A stretch of DNA of 64,000 nucleotides from a virus (lineage: Duplodnaviria; Caudoviricetes), in IMG/VR virus record IMGVR_UViG_3300017788_000020, positions 565 to 64,564 of that record; one strand, written 5' to 3'. This document shows positions 39,028 to 49,624 of the stretch, piece after piece (position 1 is the stretch's first letter; every line of letters begins with the position of its first letter). A program made the position numbers and the translations under genes. Below the pieces are notes generated by a model, which worked only from the letters and a program-made list of their open reading frames with translations, was not told the DNA's origin and ran no database searches.

Positions 39028-39542
39028 TTCTTTTTGCTGAAAGAATTGGCCACGTCTTCCGACGTAAGCTCGTTGAAGAACCGCCGACGTATTTCTTCCC
39101 TACCTGTACGCAGTGAGAACTGTTCTTTCTCTGTGCGCGGGCGCAGATAACCGGTCTGCGCGATCTCCGTTAGCAGCGTGTGGGCATGTCTGGATAATCC
39201 GGATTTTCGGAACTGCGAGATCTCAAACGCGACGTCGTGTGTCTCGACGCAGCTTGCTACCTGCTCGACTGCCGGAAGCTCACGCGTATATTTGTCGTAG
39301 GTATCTCGCCTGAGAAACACACGCTTCTGTAGATCGACTAACCGACATCGTGCGAACCGGCGCAAAAAAGGTGCGAACCACTTTTTTGGACCGCTCTGCA
39401 GTAGCTGCTCCCACAGGTACTGCACTAGATCGTCCTGTGTGTGCCCTGCCACTTTTTGTGTGCGGGTACACCACCGAAACAGTCTTGTGACCTCGTCGAC
39501 AGGGAGCTCACGGTCACTCTGCAGTAGGTTCTTTTGACTCAC
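39009..39542 (-). CDS. sigma70/ECF-like phage sigma factor
   Basis: Region 2-like pattern TQDDLVQYLWEQLL...FLRRFARCRLVDLQKR; degenerate region 4; AGGAG RBS. Confidence 0.6.
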   Translation of the reverse strand: MSQKNLLQSDRELPVDEVTRLFRWCTRTQKVAGHTQDDLVQYLWEQLLQSGPKKWFAPFLRRFARCRLVDLQKRVFLRRDTYDKYTRELPAVEQVASCVETHDVAFEISQFRKSGLSRHAHTLLTEIAQTGYLRPRTEKEQFSLRTGREEIRRRFFNELTSEDVANSFSKKKCRSTH

Positions 39543-39693
39543 GTAGCCACTCCTTTTTGTTTTCCTCTGCTCGGGATTTGATCTCCGCGCGAATCTGTAC
39601 GACGCGCGGGTCCGTGTTTGTGGGATCTAGAAGTACGGCTAAAATTAGCCGACGCAATTCCGCTTTGGTCAGTCGCGGTAGTTTATTCGTCAT
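39514..39693 (-). CDS. small hypothetical protein (MTNKLPRL...)
   Basis: AGGAAGGGG RBS before ATG 39693, directly after the early motif. Confidence 0.55.
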   Translation of the reverse strand: MTNKLPRLTKAELRRLILAVLLDPTNTDPRVVQIRAEIKSRAEENKKEWLRESKEPTAE

Positions 39694-39710
39694 AGACGTC
39701 CCCTTCCTAT

Positions 39711-39722
39711 AATACTTATGAC
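39711..39722 (-). promoter_or_regulatory. putative phage early promoter GTCATAAGTATT
   Basis: Exact recurrence; lies upstream of the sigma-like operon. Confidence 0.7.
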
Positions 39723-39757
39723 ATTTATTGTACGAAACATGCAGCGCTTGAGTAAGA

Positions 39758-40669
39758 GTGCGCAAGATTACACTACATATAGAACGCATGTATACGTCTA
39801 CGATAGACATAACGATCCGTACAATAAATAGTTTAGGCGAACCGACGTCGGCGCCTGCGCTGTACGGTATTGTCCACAACATTCGAGGAGAGCAAGTCGA
39901 TGTGTTGACATTGGAGCGTCTTATAGAAAGCGCACCAGGTGTATATAACCTTGATGATTACTCGGTGAGTGATACGAACACGTTTCCCGGAACCGAGCTA
40001 ACAATCTTTTGGTGTACCCAGTCCACAACGGTTTCGCCAGAAACAGCGCTGCAGCGCTACGCATTGTTTGCTAAACACCCATCTGGGGTCGTGAATCGCC
40101 TCCTGACGTGGTACCCTTCGTATAGACGTAATAACCTGTACGGTTATCGTATATACAGACAACTTCGAGGGGAAGAGACGCCTACGGTTTTAGGTCAAAC
40201 GATCTACCCGTACTTCTTTGACCGCAGTGTTTATACAACTCCCACAGAGTTTCATTTAGCCAGATTTACAGTCTACGAGCTTGCGTGGCTCGCGACACCG
40301 ACAGATGAGCCCATCGAAGGTGGCGCCATACTTATGTTACGTAAAACCGAGACACGTCATTCGTTTTGCGAAGTATACGGCGAAGTTGTGGACGTGATGG
40401 GTGGCTCGAGCGCGGAGTCTGTGAACTTCTTCGTACACGAGAAGGACGCGCCACAGACGGTCAAAACGTCTTTTATGGCGCGGCGGGATGCGGTTACCGC
40501 TCCTGTGAACTGCAGGGGCGAGTTTAGTATACCGCTAATTCAAGGAGCTTTGGTAACGGCAGACATGCCTGAGGCTGGTGTGCAACGGCGATTTGTTGTA
40601 CCTAATAAAGCGCGTGTGGCGCTAAAAGACATAACCCACTATCCTGTGGAAATCAACAGAGCTGAGTGA
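39758..40669 (+). CDS. virion structural protein (Ig/FN3-like)
   Basis: LTW...GYRIYR FN3-like pattern; G.FSIPLIQGA.V C-terminus. Confidence 0.55.
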   Translation: MRKITLHIERMYTSTIDITIRTINSLGEPTSAPALYGIVHNIRGEQVDVLTLERLIESAPGVYNLDDYSVSDTNTFPGTELTIFWCTQSTTVSPETALQRYALFAKHPSGVVNRLLTWYPSYRRNNLYGYRIYRQLRGEETPTVLGQTIYPYFFDRSVYTTPTEFHLARFTVYELAWLATPTDEPIEGGAILMLRKTETRHSFCEVYGEVVDVMGGSSAESVNFFVHEKDAPQTVKTSFMARRDAVTAPVNCRGEFSIPLIQGALVTADMPEAGVQRRFVVPNKARVALKDITHYPVEINRAE

Positions 40670-43600
40670 TGCAAACAATTAACTTATATCTCAATATCCC
40701 AGCGACAGGCGATTTTCCGGGTTCGTGGGCGGGACCTATAAATGCAAACTTCGCCATTATAGACGCGCTGTTCAGTAATGCGCAGGGTCACACGCACGAC
40801 GGAGGCCCTGGTTCTGGCGGACGTATTTCGCATAGCAGCTTATCTGCCGCAGGCGCGTATTCTCACGCAGAGCTCGATGCGCACCTAGACAATATCGCGA
40901 TACACACGGATACCAAGATCGGTCAAATTGATAGACGCGTCGGAGGACTCGTAACACAATCTTTCCTTGATGTGGCTACCCTGCAATTTGAGAATTGTGA
41001 TGTTGAGCAAAGTATACCAGGCGTCGTGTTGATTAGACCGGCCGCTGGTGCGGCTGCGCCGTCAGTACAGCAGATTGCGCCGGTCGTTGCGCATATCGAT
41101 TTTACAGGCGCTGCAGGATCCTCACTGATCGAGCAGGACTGGATACTGGTCAAGAATCAACCTAACGCGGCGGGCTTTGTGATGAAAGCGCCGGCGGGTG
41201 CGCGCCTGTCAACAGGTAATGGTGCTGGTTTTTGTTCTGCGTTTTTGCGGTCAACGGTACCGCACAGTCTCGTACAGCGCGTAACTGTTAAAGTCGGCCC
41301 AGAGTACGGCCCGTCTATTGCGCAGGTGACAGACCAATGGTCACTTTGGCTACATCTCCTGGCATCGCCCCGTGCGCAGTCGTTAACTACAGCACAACCT
41401 GTCGAACTCGGAGTAAGTCTGGCACTGGAGGTACGCGCGGTTAACGGCTCGCTACGGCTCATGCCCAAGCTCGTGGCTCGATCTTTGGTAGCCACCGCCG
41501 TATTTACCGCGTTCCCAAGTCCTGCGGGATGGTCAAATCCAAACGGCGGTGTAGGTTGGACTAACCTACCTAGGACATATTTGATAGGCAGCCACGAGCT
41601 TAGCATCAGCGCTACAGACGCATCGGCAGATTTCACCATTAGCTACTACTACGAAGGTGGCCTAATCTTCACAAGATTATTTACGGCAACAGATGGGCTG
41701 TTTTTCACGGTTGTCCGCGATCTGATCGATCAGCTAGCTAATACGACGCCCGCGGTCGCAGACTGCGGACACTTCGGATTCTCGACAACATATTCGCTGA
41801 GCGGCCTTTCTTCAGACGCGCTATTCGATATCGGGGTTTTCAGTGCAGCAAGTGTAGGCGAGCGGACTACGCCGCGTATTGTTTCAATACCTACAGGCGC
41901 TGGAGGCGGTACGGTAACTGGCGTGTGTCCAACAACGAACACCGCGGATTGGGCGGGCGTCGCACTTCAGCAGTCATTTGACGTAGATGGAGCAGGTCCA
42001 GTATCTGCTAATCAGTGGCGTGTTATTAGTAACGTGGTACCGACGGCGCTGTTGTCTGAGTCATTTGTGATTCAGAACACGGCGACATCGGCAGAGCATA
42101 ACGTACACTGCGGAACACCCATACCTTCACCTATAACATCCACGCAATGCCTACGCGCGCTCGGTACATCGGCCGTCACACTCCTCGGCAGAGATCTACC
42201 TATTCCAGAATTCTCGATACTACGATTACGCGCGGCAAGTGGTAACATACCGCATAACTGGTTCGACGGCGGCTACGGAGAAGAATTTTATTCTGTTGGC
42301 GAAGAGCTACCAATATCGTTTGGTAGGTTCTCTGGTACGCAGCTTAGGGAGCTTAACCAGGCAGCGGGACACAGCCTGCAGCTCGGCATACTTGGCGGTA
42401 CGCGTCTACCGTGGGGTGCTCGGGTAACAGCAGAGATAGTTCCGCAGTACCAAGCTGATACAGATTATGTAGCTGTGTTTACGCAAGCACTAGAAGTGTG
42501 CGCAGCCGCTCCGGTTGTAGAGCAGACGCTGACCTACAAGTTCACACCAGCTAATGAGTGGGAGCCTGTCGAGCCTGGGCAACCTGTAGAGGAAGGCGCA
42601 TCTGTGGTTTTTGTATTGTCGGGCCGTAATATCCCGCTAGGTCCGGCATTCTGGACGTCTGGTAAAGGCTTCGAGCAGCTTCCCGGCTACACCCTTGCGG
42701 ATACCGCAGGTTCTGTCGGCAGCGCTCTTACGCTGACAGGTCCGGTAGACGTGTATTACAGCGGCATAATGCGCGGACGGCTGAGTGTTAACGAGGGTGT
42801 GACTGGACTGCCGCCTACAGCCCCTGTGACGGCTGTAGGATTGAGCTACAACGCTATCGCAGACCCAGTACGGGAGCTGGTGTTTGTTGCCGGACGTGTC
42901 CGCCACAACGGCTGGCAACCAGGCGGTACATCGCCGGTCGTTATGGAGCTCCGCGACACGGAAGCGCCGGCGCTTTTTAACACCGTCACATTTATTCCGG
43001 CAGCAGGAATTGCGCCCAAGGCGCCCGAGATTGTATCGGGTGTACTAACGCCTAATTTAAACGCAGGTTCGTCAGTCACACTTGAGATCCAGGTTTGGTA
43101 TCCTGACGCGGATATCGGCACCACTATCGGCGCACAATTAACGCTAACTTCTGGTTTCTCCACTACTGCAACACTTACGCGCAGCTCGGGCGGCGTGTCT
43201 GTATCTTCTTCAGCAGGCGGCGAGTTCGAGACCTGGACAGTGACGGGACTTCAGCTATCTGCGGTACCTGCGACGTCGATTCAGGTAACGTTTACTAACG
43301 TTTTACCGACGACGCCTCAGTCGTCAGTGCTCGTGCTGGGCACTGTCGGATCGGCACCAGGCTCGACACCGAGCGTTACCTACACAGCAGGCACGTGTAT
43401 AGAAGATACTGTGCAGAATATCACATTAACGGGCGTGATAAGTACCCTTGAGCCGGGTACCGTGATAACTGTTGCCGCACCTAGTACAGAGTTTCTCACA
43501 ATCGTGGGTACTCCCACATTCGTCGACGCCGGCCCCGATCGGATCTTTACCGTACGCATCGGTACTCGAGACCTTGTTGGAGGCGGAACGCTCCCCGCTC

Positions 43601-45513
43601 TCGTGTCGCTCGTCGTACGCAATCCGCAAGCAAATACTACGTTAACAATCAGTAACATACCGGCACAGCAAGCAACTGCGCCCGATATTGTGCGAGCGGA
43701 TTTAGACGCCGTTGATTCTGGTGTAACTGGCTGGTCCATAGGCGAGTTAGGTTCTCGGTGGCTGTATGTGCGCATAAACGACACAACACCGTCGCGCCTC
43801 AGTAATATCTTACCAACAGGTGTTGCGACATCCACATCTGTTATTTTTGGGCAGTTCGAGCACGTGACAGGTAATGTGTACCGCACCTTGGTTACGTTAG
43901 CCGAAGCGGCGCTAGGCGACACAATCTCGATCAAAGCCACGAACGCTACAGCCGGAGATCCGTTGGAGGATACGCTCGTCGACGCCGTTGAAATTGTCGC
44001 GACAATAAATACACAGTCGGCGTCTTTTGTGACGAACCCTAGCGAAGGTCATTACTTTGAGTTCGCACTACTAGGTCAATTCGATACCGGCGGCGAAGAC
44101 TTGCTGGTAGATTTCGTAGACGAGCTCGGTGTTTCTCTATTGAGCGGCTCCGTCACCATTACATCGCTTTCACCGTCGCTGGTGACGGGTAACGCGAGAG
44201 TGGCGAATAACAAAGACGGGAAGGGAATCACCGTTCGGTTAGAGATAGACAACACAGCTATCACAAGTCAGTTCAACACAAATACTGTAGTCAGCGTGTA
44301 CCCGCTACCCGCCATAACGGGCTTCATCATTAATCCTAATGTCGAAGGTACGGTAGGCGCAACTATAACTATTGATGGTAGCTATCTAATACCCCCTGCG
44401 CCTCCTGTAGGTAGGCCGCCGTTATCGTACGCGTATGTATTCAATCACACGGGCGTGGTTCCGATAATCACAGGCGCCTCGTTACTGCCTGGGAGCACAA
44501 GTACTAAACTAGTGTTCTCCGCTAACATAGCGGAAGGTACGGGCGGTCAATCCGTCGGCATCGATATCGTAGCGCTAGGCGGTGACGCGTTCCGTATGTC
44601 GCCGACAGTACCTATTCTAGCCGCCTCGTCAGGTAATCCGGCCATTACGTCAGTGACGCTGACTTCGGCGGAAGAAGATTCGATGGAGTTCGGCCAGACA
44701 ACCACGTTAGTTATAACAGGTACGGGTCTCGGTGCGGGTAATGTAGCCGCAGGCGACGGTCTGGCTGGCATAAGACTGTCTGTAGATGGCTTTGAAAACG
44801 CAGGCGCGGGTAATTTGAGAGAAAGCCCTCCCGGACAAGGTGTCGACGGTGGACTTTTCCGCGCGCTAATAAGCAGCCTCGATATACTAACGCAGAGCGA
44901 CACGTCTATTACTGCGCGACTGACGCCGCCTATAACGTTGGTAGACACTAAGTTGCGTGTACACCTCTTGCGGGCGCCTGGTCACGTGCTAGGTGCCGGA
45001 GAATGGCCGCAATCTGTAATCGACGCGATTACGCCGACTGATGCGCGTCACCGCGGTCTATTAGTAGACGGACCAAGCGCTGTGTCGCTTCTTAAAGTTA
45101 ATGCACTTCCTGCGCAAGGTCCGACGAGGCTAGATATGGCCAGAACATTCCAACAATGGTTGGCGACGAGCCCAACAGGCTCGAGCAGTCTTGTAGTAAC
45201 GTTTGATCGTGTGCCGACAACTATGCCTGTTATTGTGCCTGTCGCTGATGCCGTGTATCCAGAACTGGTATTGAAAGACATCAGCGTCGCAGCCGTTCCG
45301 GGCAACGCATTCGCATACACAGTGTATTTCTCATTACCGTCCGCGGATGAGGTATCAGAAGAAGGCTACCCCGGTGGTGTACTTAACTCGGTATTTCCTA
45401 TCACATTCGGCCTTCGCCTAGCAAGCGGTGTCCCTATTGTTTCAGGCGTCTACGGCATAAATACTTGGCGCTCCCCTGCACAAGAACAAAGTCTGCACAT
45501 TCCGCTTAATTGA
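40666..45513 (+). CDS. large virion surface protein with Ig-like/IPT repeats
   Basis: 1615 aa; N-terminal HTHDG..GSGGRI; repeated P.I..V / VITG.GL beta-sandwich motifs. Confidence 0.65.
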   Translation: MMQTINLYLNIPATGDFPGSWAGPINANFAIIDALFSNAQGHTHDGGPGSGGRISHSSLSAAGAYSHAELDAHLDNIAIHTDTKIGQIDRRVGGLVTQSFLDVATLQFENCDVEQSIPGVVLIRPAAGAAAPSVQQIAPVVAHIDFTGAAGSSLIEQDWILVKNQPNAAGFVMKAPAGARLSTGNGAGFCSAFLRSTVPHSLVQRVTVKVGPEYGPSIAQVTDQWSLWLHLLASPRAQSLTTAQPVELGVSLALEVRAVNGSLRLMPKLVARSLVATAVFTAFPSPAGWSNPNGGVGWTNLPRTYLIGSHELSISATDASADFTISYYYEGGLIFTRLFTATDGLFFTVVRDLIDQLANTTPAVADCGHFGFSTTYSLSGLSSDALFDIGVFSAASVGERTTPRIVSIPTGAGGGTVTGVCPTTNTADWAGVALQQSFDVDGAGPVSANQWRVISNVVPTALLSESFVIQNTATSAEHNVHCGTPIPSPITSTQCLRALGTSAVTLLGRDLPIPEFSILRLRAASGNIPHNWFDGGYGEEFYSVGEELPISFGRFSGTQLRELNQAAGHSLQLGILGGTRLPWGARVTAEIVPQYQADTDYVAVFTQALEVCAAAPVVEQTLTYKFTPANEWEPVEPGQPVEEGASVVFVLSGRNIPLGPAFWTSGKGFEQLPGYTLADTAGSVGSALTLTGPVDVYYSGIMRGRLSVNEGVTGLPPTAPVTAVGLSYNAIADPVRELVFVAGRVRHNGWQPGGTSPVVMELRDTEAPALFNTVTFIPAAGIAPKAPEIVSGVLTPNLNAGSSVTLEIQVWYPDADIGTTIGAQLTLTSGFSTTATLTRSSGGVSVSSSAGGEFETWTVTGLQLSAVPATSIQVTFTNVLPTTPQSSVLVLGTVGSAPGSTPSVTYTAGTCIEDTVQNITLTGVISTLEPGTVITVAAPSTEFLTIVGTPTFVDAGPDRIFTVRIGTRDLVGGGTLPALVSLVVRNPQANTTLTISNIPAQQATAPDIVRADLDAVDSGVTGWSIGELGSRWLYVRINDTTPSRLSNILPTGVATSTSVIFGQFEHVTGNVYRTLVTLAEAALGDTISIKATNATAGDPLEDTLVDAVEIVATINTQSASFVTNPSEGHYFEFALLGQFDTGGEDLLVDFVDELGVSLLSGSVTITSLSPSLVTGNARVANNKDGKGITVRLEIDNTAITSQFNTNTVVSVYPLPAITGFIINPNVEGTVGATITIDGSYLIPPAPPVGRPPLSYAYVFNHTGVVPIITGASLLPGSTSTKLVFSANIAEGTGGQSVGIDIVALGGDAFRMSPTVPILAASSGNPAITSVTLTSAEEDSMEFGQTTTLVITGTGLGAGNVAAGDGLAGIRLSVDGFENAGAGNLRESPPGQGVDGGLFRALISSLDILTQSDTSITARLTPPITLVDTKLRVHLLRAPGHVLGAGEWPQSVIDAITPTDARHRGLLVDGPSAVSLLKVNALPAQGPTRLDMARTFQQWLATSPTGSSSLVVTFDRVPTTMPVIVPVADAVYPELVLKDISVAAVPGNAFAYTVYFSLPSADEVSEEGYPGGVLNSVFPITFGLRLASGVPIVSGVYGINTWRSPAQEQSLHIPLN

Positions 45514-45520
45514 TAAGACC

Positions 45521-45526
45521 TATACT
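45521..45526 (+). promoter_or_regulatory. putative late -10 element TATACT
   Basis: 12 nt before ATG 45539, at the head of the head/portal/RNAP operon. Confidence 0.5.
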
Positions 45527-45538
45527 TAATATAGAATT

Positions 45539-46042
45539 ATGTCTAACATTCTAGATAAGCTAGCTGCGGCGGCTGCGGCTGCGGCGCCGCCGTCAGGAGG
45601 TCAAGGAGGTCCTCCGCCTGGTCAAGGCGATCCTGCTATGGGTGATCCTAGCATGGCGCCTATGCCAGATCCGATCGAGCAAGACAATATGCGACTTACG
45701 TCGATACTGCAGAATCTACAGCTGCGCGCAGAGGTTGTACAAGCTCAGGCAGAGCTTGAAGAACTGACCAAGCAGATTCAGCAATCGAACGCTAAGCCTC
45801 CGATGGACCCGGATAGGCCGGCACCCCGTGCAGGCAGCATACCCGATCTGGCGCACGCATCTGGTCTAACAGAGCTTCTACGGCGCACACCCAAAGGTCG
45901 GTCGCAACAAGAAGTAGGCGCGGAAACTAAAGCACGTCCCAAGGCGATCGCGCGTGATACTCAGCGAGGTGTACCGACGACACCGGGCCGCGCAGACGCC
46001 GACGCGTTAAAAGCGGCGCCCATGCAATACCAAGGATCATAA
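45539..46042 (+). CDS. KxA-leader Pro/Gln-rich head/scaffold-like protein
   Basis: MSNILDKLAAAA; low complexity plus coiled coil. Confidence 0.55.
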   Translation: MSNILDKLAAAAAAAAPPSGGQGGPPPGQGDPAMGDPSMAPMPDPIEQDNMRLTSILQNLQLRAEVVQAQAELEELTKQIQQSNAKPPMDPDRPAPRAGSIPDLAHASGLTELLRRTPKGRSQQEVGAETKARPKAIARDTQRGVPTTPGRADADALKAAPMQYQGS

Positions 46043-46043
46043 C

Positions 46044-47096
46044 ATGACTGAACTTTTTAAGTTTGCCGGAGCTATTTTGGATTGTTATGACGATCCGGCA
46101 TTTATCGAGAACCCCCGCGCTACAGCGCTTTTCGGTCGCGAGCTGCTGCCCGCAGACAAGCTGGATACGTTACCAGACTCTTGTTTCGCGGTAAAGATCG
46201 CTGGCCGAACAGGTTACAAGAGGAGATTTCCTGTCTACAACGAGACGATAACCAAGGTTTCTTGTTTGTACTTTGATAACCACTACACGAGTCTGCCGCC
46301 AGAGATACAGGCGGCCGCTGGTCATGGTCTATACAAAGCGTGTGAGAAATTTGGTATAGAGAAGCGTGCGTCCATTGCGCAGCATGCGGCAGACGCGCCG
46401 TCGACCGTCGAGCGCGTTACTGTGCGTGTGGAAGAACCTGTAATCAAAACTGCAGCAGACCTCGCTAAACTGGCGGAAGACAGGCTGGCGTGGGAGCTAC
46501 ACCGTATGCCTATCGACCAGCGCACACAAGCGGCAACAGCGTTGTTTAAAGCCGCAGGCGAGGACGCGTTGACACGTCAAGACGTGTGGGATTATGTACA
46601 AAAACCTGTTACGGGACCGCTTCTAGAAGGCGCGCTAGACGATAGGGAGATGTTATGTAAGAATGCATCCTCGGAGATGCAACACCTGTTTGCCGAGCTG
46701 CGTAACGACATAGAGGAAGCTTCCGCAGATAAAGCCGTCGAGCTGCTGACACTGTTCGACAAACACGCAGGTTTCGACATGCGTTACACGCAAGGGCTGT
46801 TAGATCCGTCCAAGGCTGTTTATGGCGGCTGGTCTTTACCGCACGTACGTAGACGAAATCAAGAGTGGTTACTAGACAAAGAAGCCGGCGTGGTTGACGC
46901 GCACACGAACTTGCCTATTGATGCGGCGACCGCTAAAGGACTTAGCGTAGAGCAACATCTGTTACATCTACAACAGAGATACCCAAAGAACTCTGAGTCG
47001 TTCCGTAAAGCCGCGTCTGTCGGCGTTACTGGACATATGGAGCAGAAATGGGGCTCTAATTACGTAAAAGCACGTAAACTATACTTTGGAGTGTAA
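46044..47096 (+). CDS. head morphogenesis protein with multiple KxA sites
   Basis: KFA, KIA, KTAA, KNAS, KHAG, KEAG, KAAS; LPDSCFA...RRFP motif. Confidence 0.6.
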   Translation: MTELFKFAGAILDCYDDPAFIENPRATALFGRELLPADKLDTLPDSCFAVKIAGRTGYKRRFPVYNETITKVSCLYFDNHYTSLPPEIQAAAGHGLYKACEKFGIEKRASIAQHAADAPSTVERVTVRVEEPVIKTAADLAKLAEDRLAWELHRMPIDQRTQAATALFKAAGEDALTRQDVWDYVQKPVTGPLLEGALDDREMLCKNASSEMQHLFAELRNDIEEASADKAVELLTLFDKHAGFDMRYTQGLLDPSKAVYGGWSLPHVRRRNQEWLLDKEAGVVDAHTNLPIDAATAKGLSVEQHLLHLQQRYPKNSESFRKAASVGVTGHMEQKWGSNYVKARKLYFGV

Positions 47097-47102
47097 GCTT
47101 GC

Positions 47103-47708
47103 GTGCAACAAATTTTCACAGCGACAGGCGTGCCGCCTCGCGTGTACAGAGACCTGTTAACAAAAGAGTTCGGTGACGCGTGGTTAACCTGGCTACCTGA
47201 AACGCTTTATGCAGAAATAGAGCGTGTATGGCACGTGCAGCTATCAAGCGAGGTGGCCAATAAAATCAATGCTTTCCGTGTGTTTCTCACGACCGATCTG
47301 TTTTACACAGATGCCGCGGCGTTCGAGCACATTGTGCAGTCTATAAACGACGTTGTGATTGATCCAGAGTTGCTTAGCCTAAGCACACCTTCTGAGATTC
47401 TGTATGCGTTATATATGATAGGTCCTGTCGATGTGACCAAATTCGGGCGCGAGGTTGTGACGTATATACGGGTGTGCTGCGAGAATTTTGGCTTGTTGAA
47501 GTATCCCCCTTTACTTAAATTTGCGCAACCGGTATACGGTGCAGCAGAACTTAACGAAGCCTTACCTAAAATAAAACCTGCGCTGTTGCCCGGCGCCGAC
47601 GACGATATTGTTGTACAGCAGTCACGCAAGCTGTATCAAGTCATAGGGGATGTGGTGGATCGTATCGGGCGCTTCCGCAACGAAGTATTGGAGACAACTA
47701 ACGTATGA
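47103..47708 (+). CDS. conserved-looking head-associated protein
   Basis: FGDAWLTWLPETL; directly upstream of the portal. Confidence 0.55.
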   Translation: MQQIFTATGVPPRVYRDLLTKEFGDAWLTWLPETLYAEIERVWHVQLSSEVANKINAFRVFLTTDLFYTDAAAFEHIVQSINDVVIDPELLSLSTPSEILYALYMIGPVDVTKFGREVVTYIRVCCENFGLLKYPPLLKFAQPVYGAAELNEALPKIKPALLPGADDDIVVQQSRKLYQVIGDVVDRIGRFRNEVLETTNV

Positions 47709-49621
47709 TAGGGTCGAATAATCTGATTGGTGGTGGCGACGCCGTAGGCGGTATAGGCAGCTCCGGCGGTCCGCGGTCGCAAAACATGTATCCGCACCCG
47801 TTCTTTGATTTAAGTAATCAAGAGATACCCAGGACTGTTAAAGAGTTATTCAGGTGGTGCCTTTACCTGTATCTATCACACTCAGAGATTGCGCCCCTGA
47901 TCAACAAAAAGTGCTCCTATGTGATAACAGATATTCTGTACGACACCGAATCAAAAAAAGATCGCGATGCGTGGCAGAGTGTGTTGGAAGAAACGCTCGA
48001 TATCAAAGAATTTGAGCTTAAAATGTTGCTGGATTATGAGATTTTTGGCAATGCCTACTGCTCAATCTCTTTTCCGTTCGAGAGGCAACTGACGTGTAAG
48101 AAATGTTCGACTAACTTCTCAATTGAGGATCCTACGTTGGACTGGCACTACCGCGACCATACATTCGTAGGAAAATGCAACAAATGCGGTGAGCGGACAG
48201 AGTATGACGTACAAGACCGACCCATCAAGCGTAAAAAGTCTCTTAAACTTATACGATGGTTTCCTGAGTATATACAAGTAGTTCAGAACGAGATTACGGG
48301 TCACGCGCGCTATATTTACAAGATTCCTAGGTGGATGCGCAAAGGTATAGTTAACGCGGAAAACGACGAGAATAAATACCTTGTTGTGGACACACCGCTA
48401 GTGTTTTTACACGCCATCAAGCGCGGCGGCGACGTAGAGCTTGACAAAGACAACATATACCACATGCGTGTACCGAGCTGCTCGTATTACGATCAGGCAT
48501 ATGGTATACCGCCGATGTTGGCGGTATTCAAAGATGCTTGGTTATTCCAAGCGTATAGACGCGCACAAGAGGCGATCGCGATGGAACACGTATTGCCACT
48601 ACGTCTCCTGATCCCGCGACCTATATCTGGTGATCACTCGCCGCACCAGCACAACGATCTTGGCCAGTGGTCAAGCCGTATGCAGAACATCGTCAACAAG
48701 TGGCGCCGGGATCCGAACGCTATATTCACCGTACCATTCCCGGCCGAGGTTCAAAGTATCGGTGGGAATGCGCAGGCGCTCAACGTGCACAACGATATGG
48801 CACAGATTCGTCAACAAATCGCAGGCGGACTGGACATCCCTAGTGACATGATCTACGGCAATATGAGTTGGAGCGGCAGTAGCGTCACGTTGCGTATGTT
48901 AGAGAACACGTTCTTAGGCCGTATAACCCAGCTCGAAAAGCTGCTGAATAAGTTCATCATCCCTAGAGTAAAGGCCTGGGCAGCTTTGCCGGACATTACA
49001 ATCAGGCACAGAGACTTTAAGATGGCGGACGACGTTCAGCAGAAGCAAATCGCCATGACGCTTCGTCAGACAAATACGTTATCCGACCGCACGGTGATAC
49101 AAGAGCTCGGCTTTGACTACGCGACTGAGCAGAAATACAAGCGGGAAGAGGAGGAGACGCGTAACGCAACGCTTGCTCGACAGATGCTGGCGCAGACAGA
49201 CGCTCAAGGTAAGGCGCAGATTGCTATGGCGGCCTTTGAGGCGCAAGCACAGGCTGCACGTACTAAGGCCGCAGAAGAGGCGCAGCGCAAAGCAGCTCTG
49301 GAATCATACAAAGAGCTCGGAAGTCCGCAAGACCGGTCGAATATGGCGAACGTGGCCCAAGCTATCGGCTCGCCTATGCCAGAGCAGATTGGCGGCTCTC
49401 CTATATCATATAGCTCCGAGGTACTTGACAGCATGGCAGAGAATGTGCTAAAAGCGACGCCGCCGGATATGATTGCAGACATGACTATGCGCTTGCAAAA
49501 ATCAAACCCGCAAATTGCGGCAGCTATTGCGCGTATTCAGCGCCGCGGCGAAGAGGCGTCACGCACCGTACGCACGTTACCGGAGCAGAAGCCGCCGCGT
49601 AGTCCTAACGCAGGTATTTGA
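47705..49621 (+). CDS. portal protein with Zn-ribbon insertion
   Basis: LDYEIFGNAY, IYHMR...YGIPP, IAGGLDIP, coiled-coil tail; CKKC...CNKC insert. Confidence 0.7.
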   Translation: MIGSNNLIGGGDAVGGIGSSGGPRSQNMYPHPFFDLSNQEIPRTVKELFRWCLYLYLSHSEIAPLINKKCSYVITDILYDTESKKDRDAWQSVLEETLDIKEFELKMLLDYEIFGNAYCSISFPFERQLTCKKCSTNFSIEDPTLDWHYRDHTFVGKCNKCGERTEYDVQDRPIKRKKSLKLIRWFPEYIQVVQNEITGHARYIYKIPRWMRKGIVNAENDENKYLVVDTPLVFLHAIKRGGDVELDKDNIYHMRVPSCSYYDQAYGIPPMLAVFKDAWLFQAYRRAQEAIAMEHVLPLRLLIPRPISGDHSPHQHNDLGQWSSRMQNIVNKWRRDPNAIFTVPFPAEVQSIGGNAQALNVHNDMAQIRQQIAGGLDIPSDMIYGNMSWSGSSVTLRMLENTFLGRITQLEKLLNKFIIPRVKAWAALPDITIRHRDFKMADDVQQKQIAMTLRQTNTLSDRTVIQELGFDYATEQKYKREEEETRNATLARQMLAQTDAQGKAQIAMAAFEAQAQAARTKAAEEAQRKAALESYKELGSPQDRSNMANVAQAIGSPMPEQIGGSPISYSSEVLDSMAENVLKATPPDMIADMTMRLQKSNPQIAAAIARIQRRGEEASRTVRTLPEQKPPRSPNAGI

Positions 49622-49624
49622 GTC

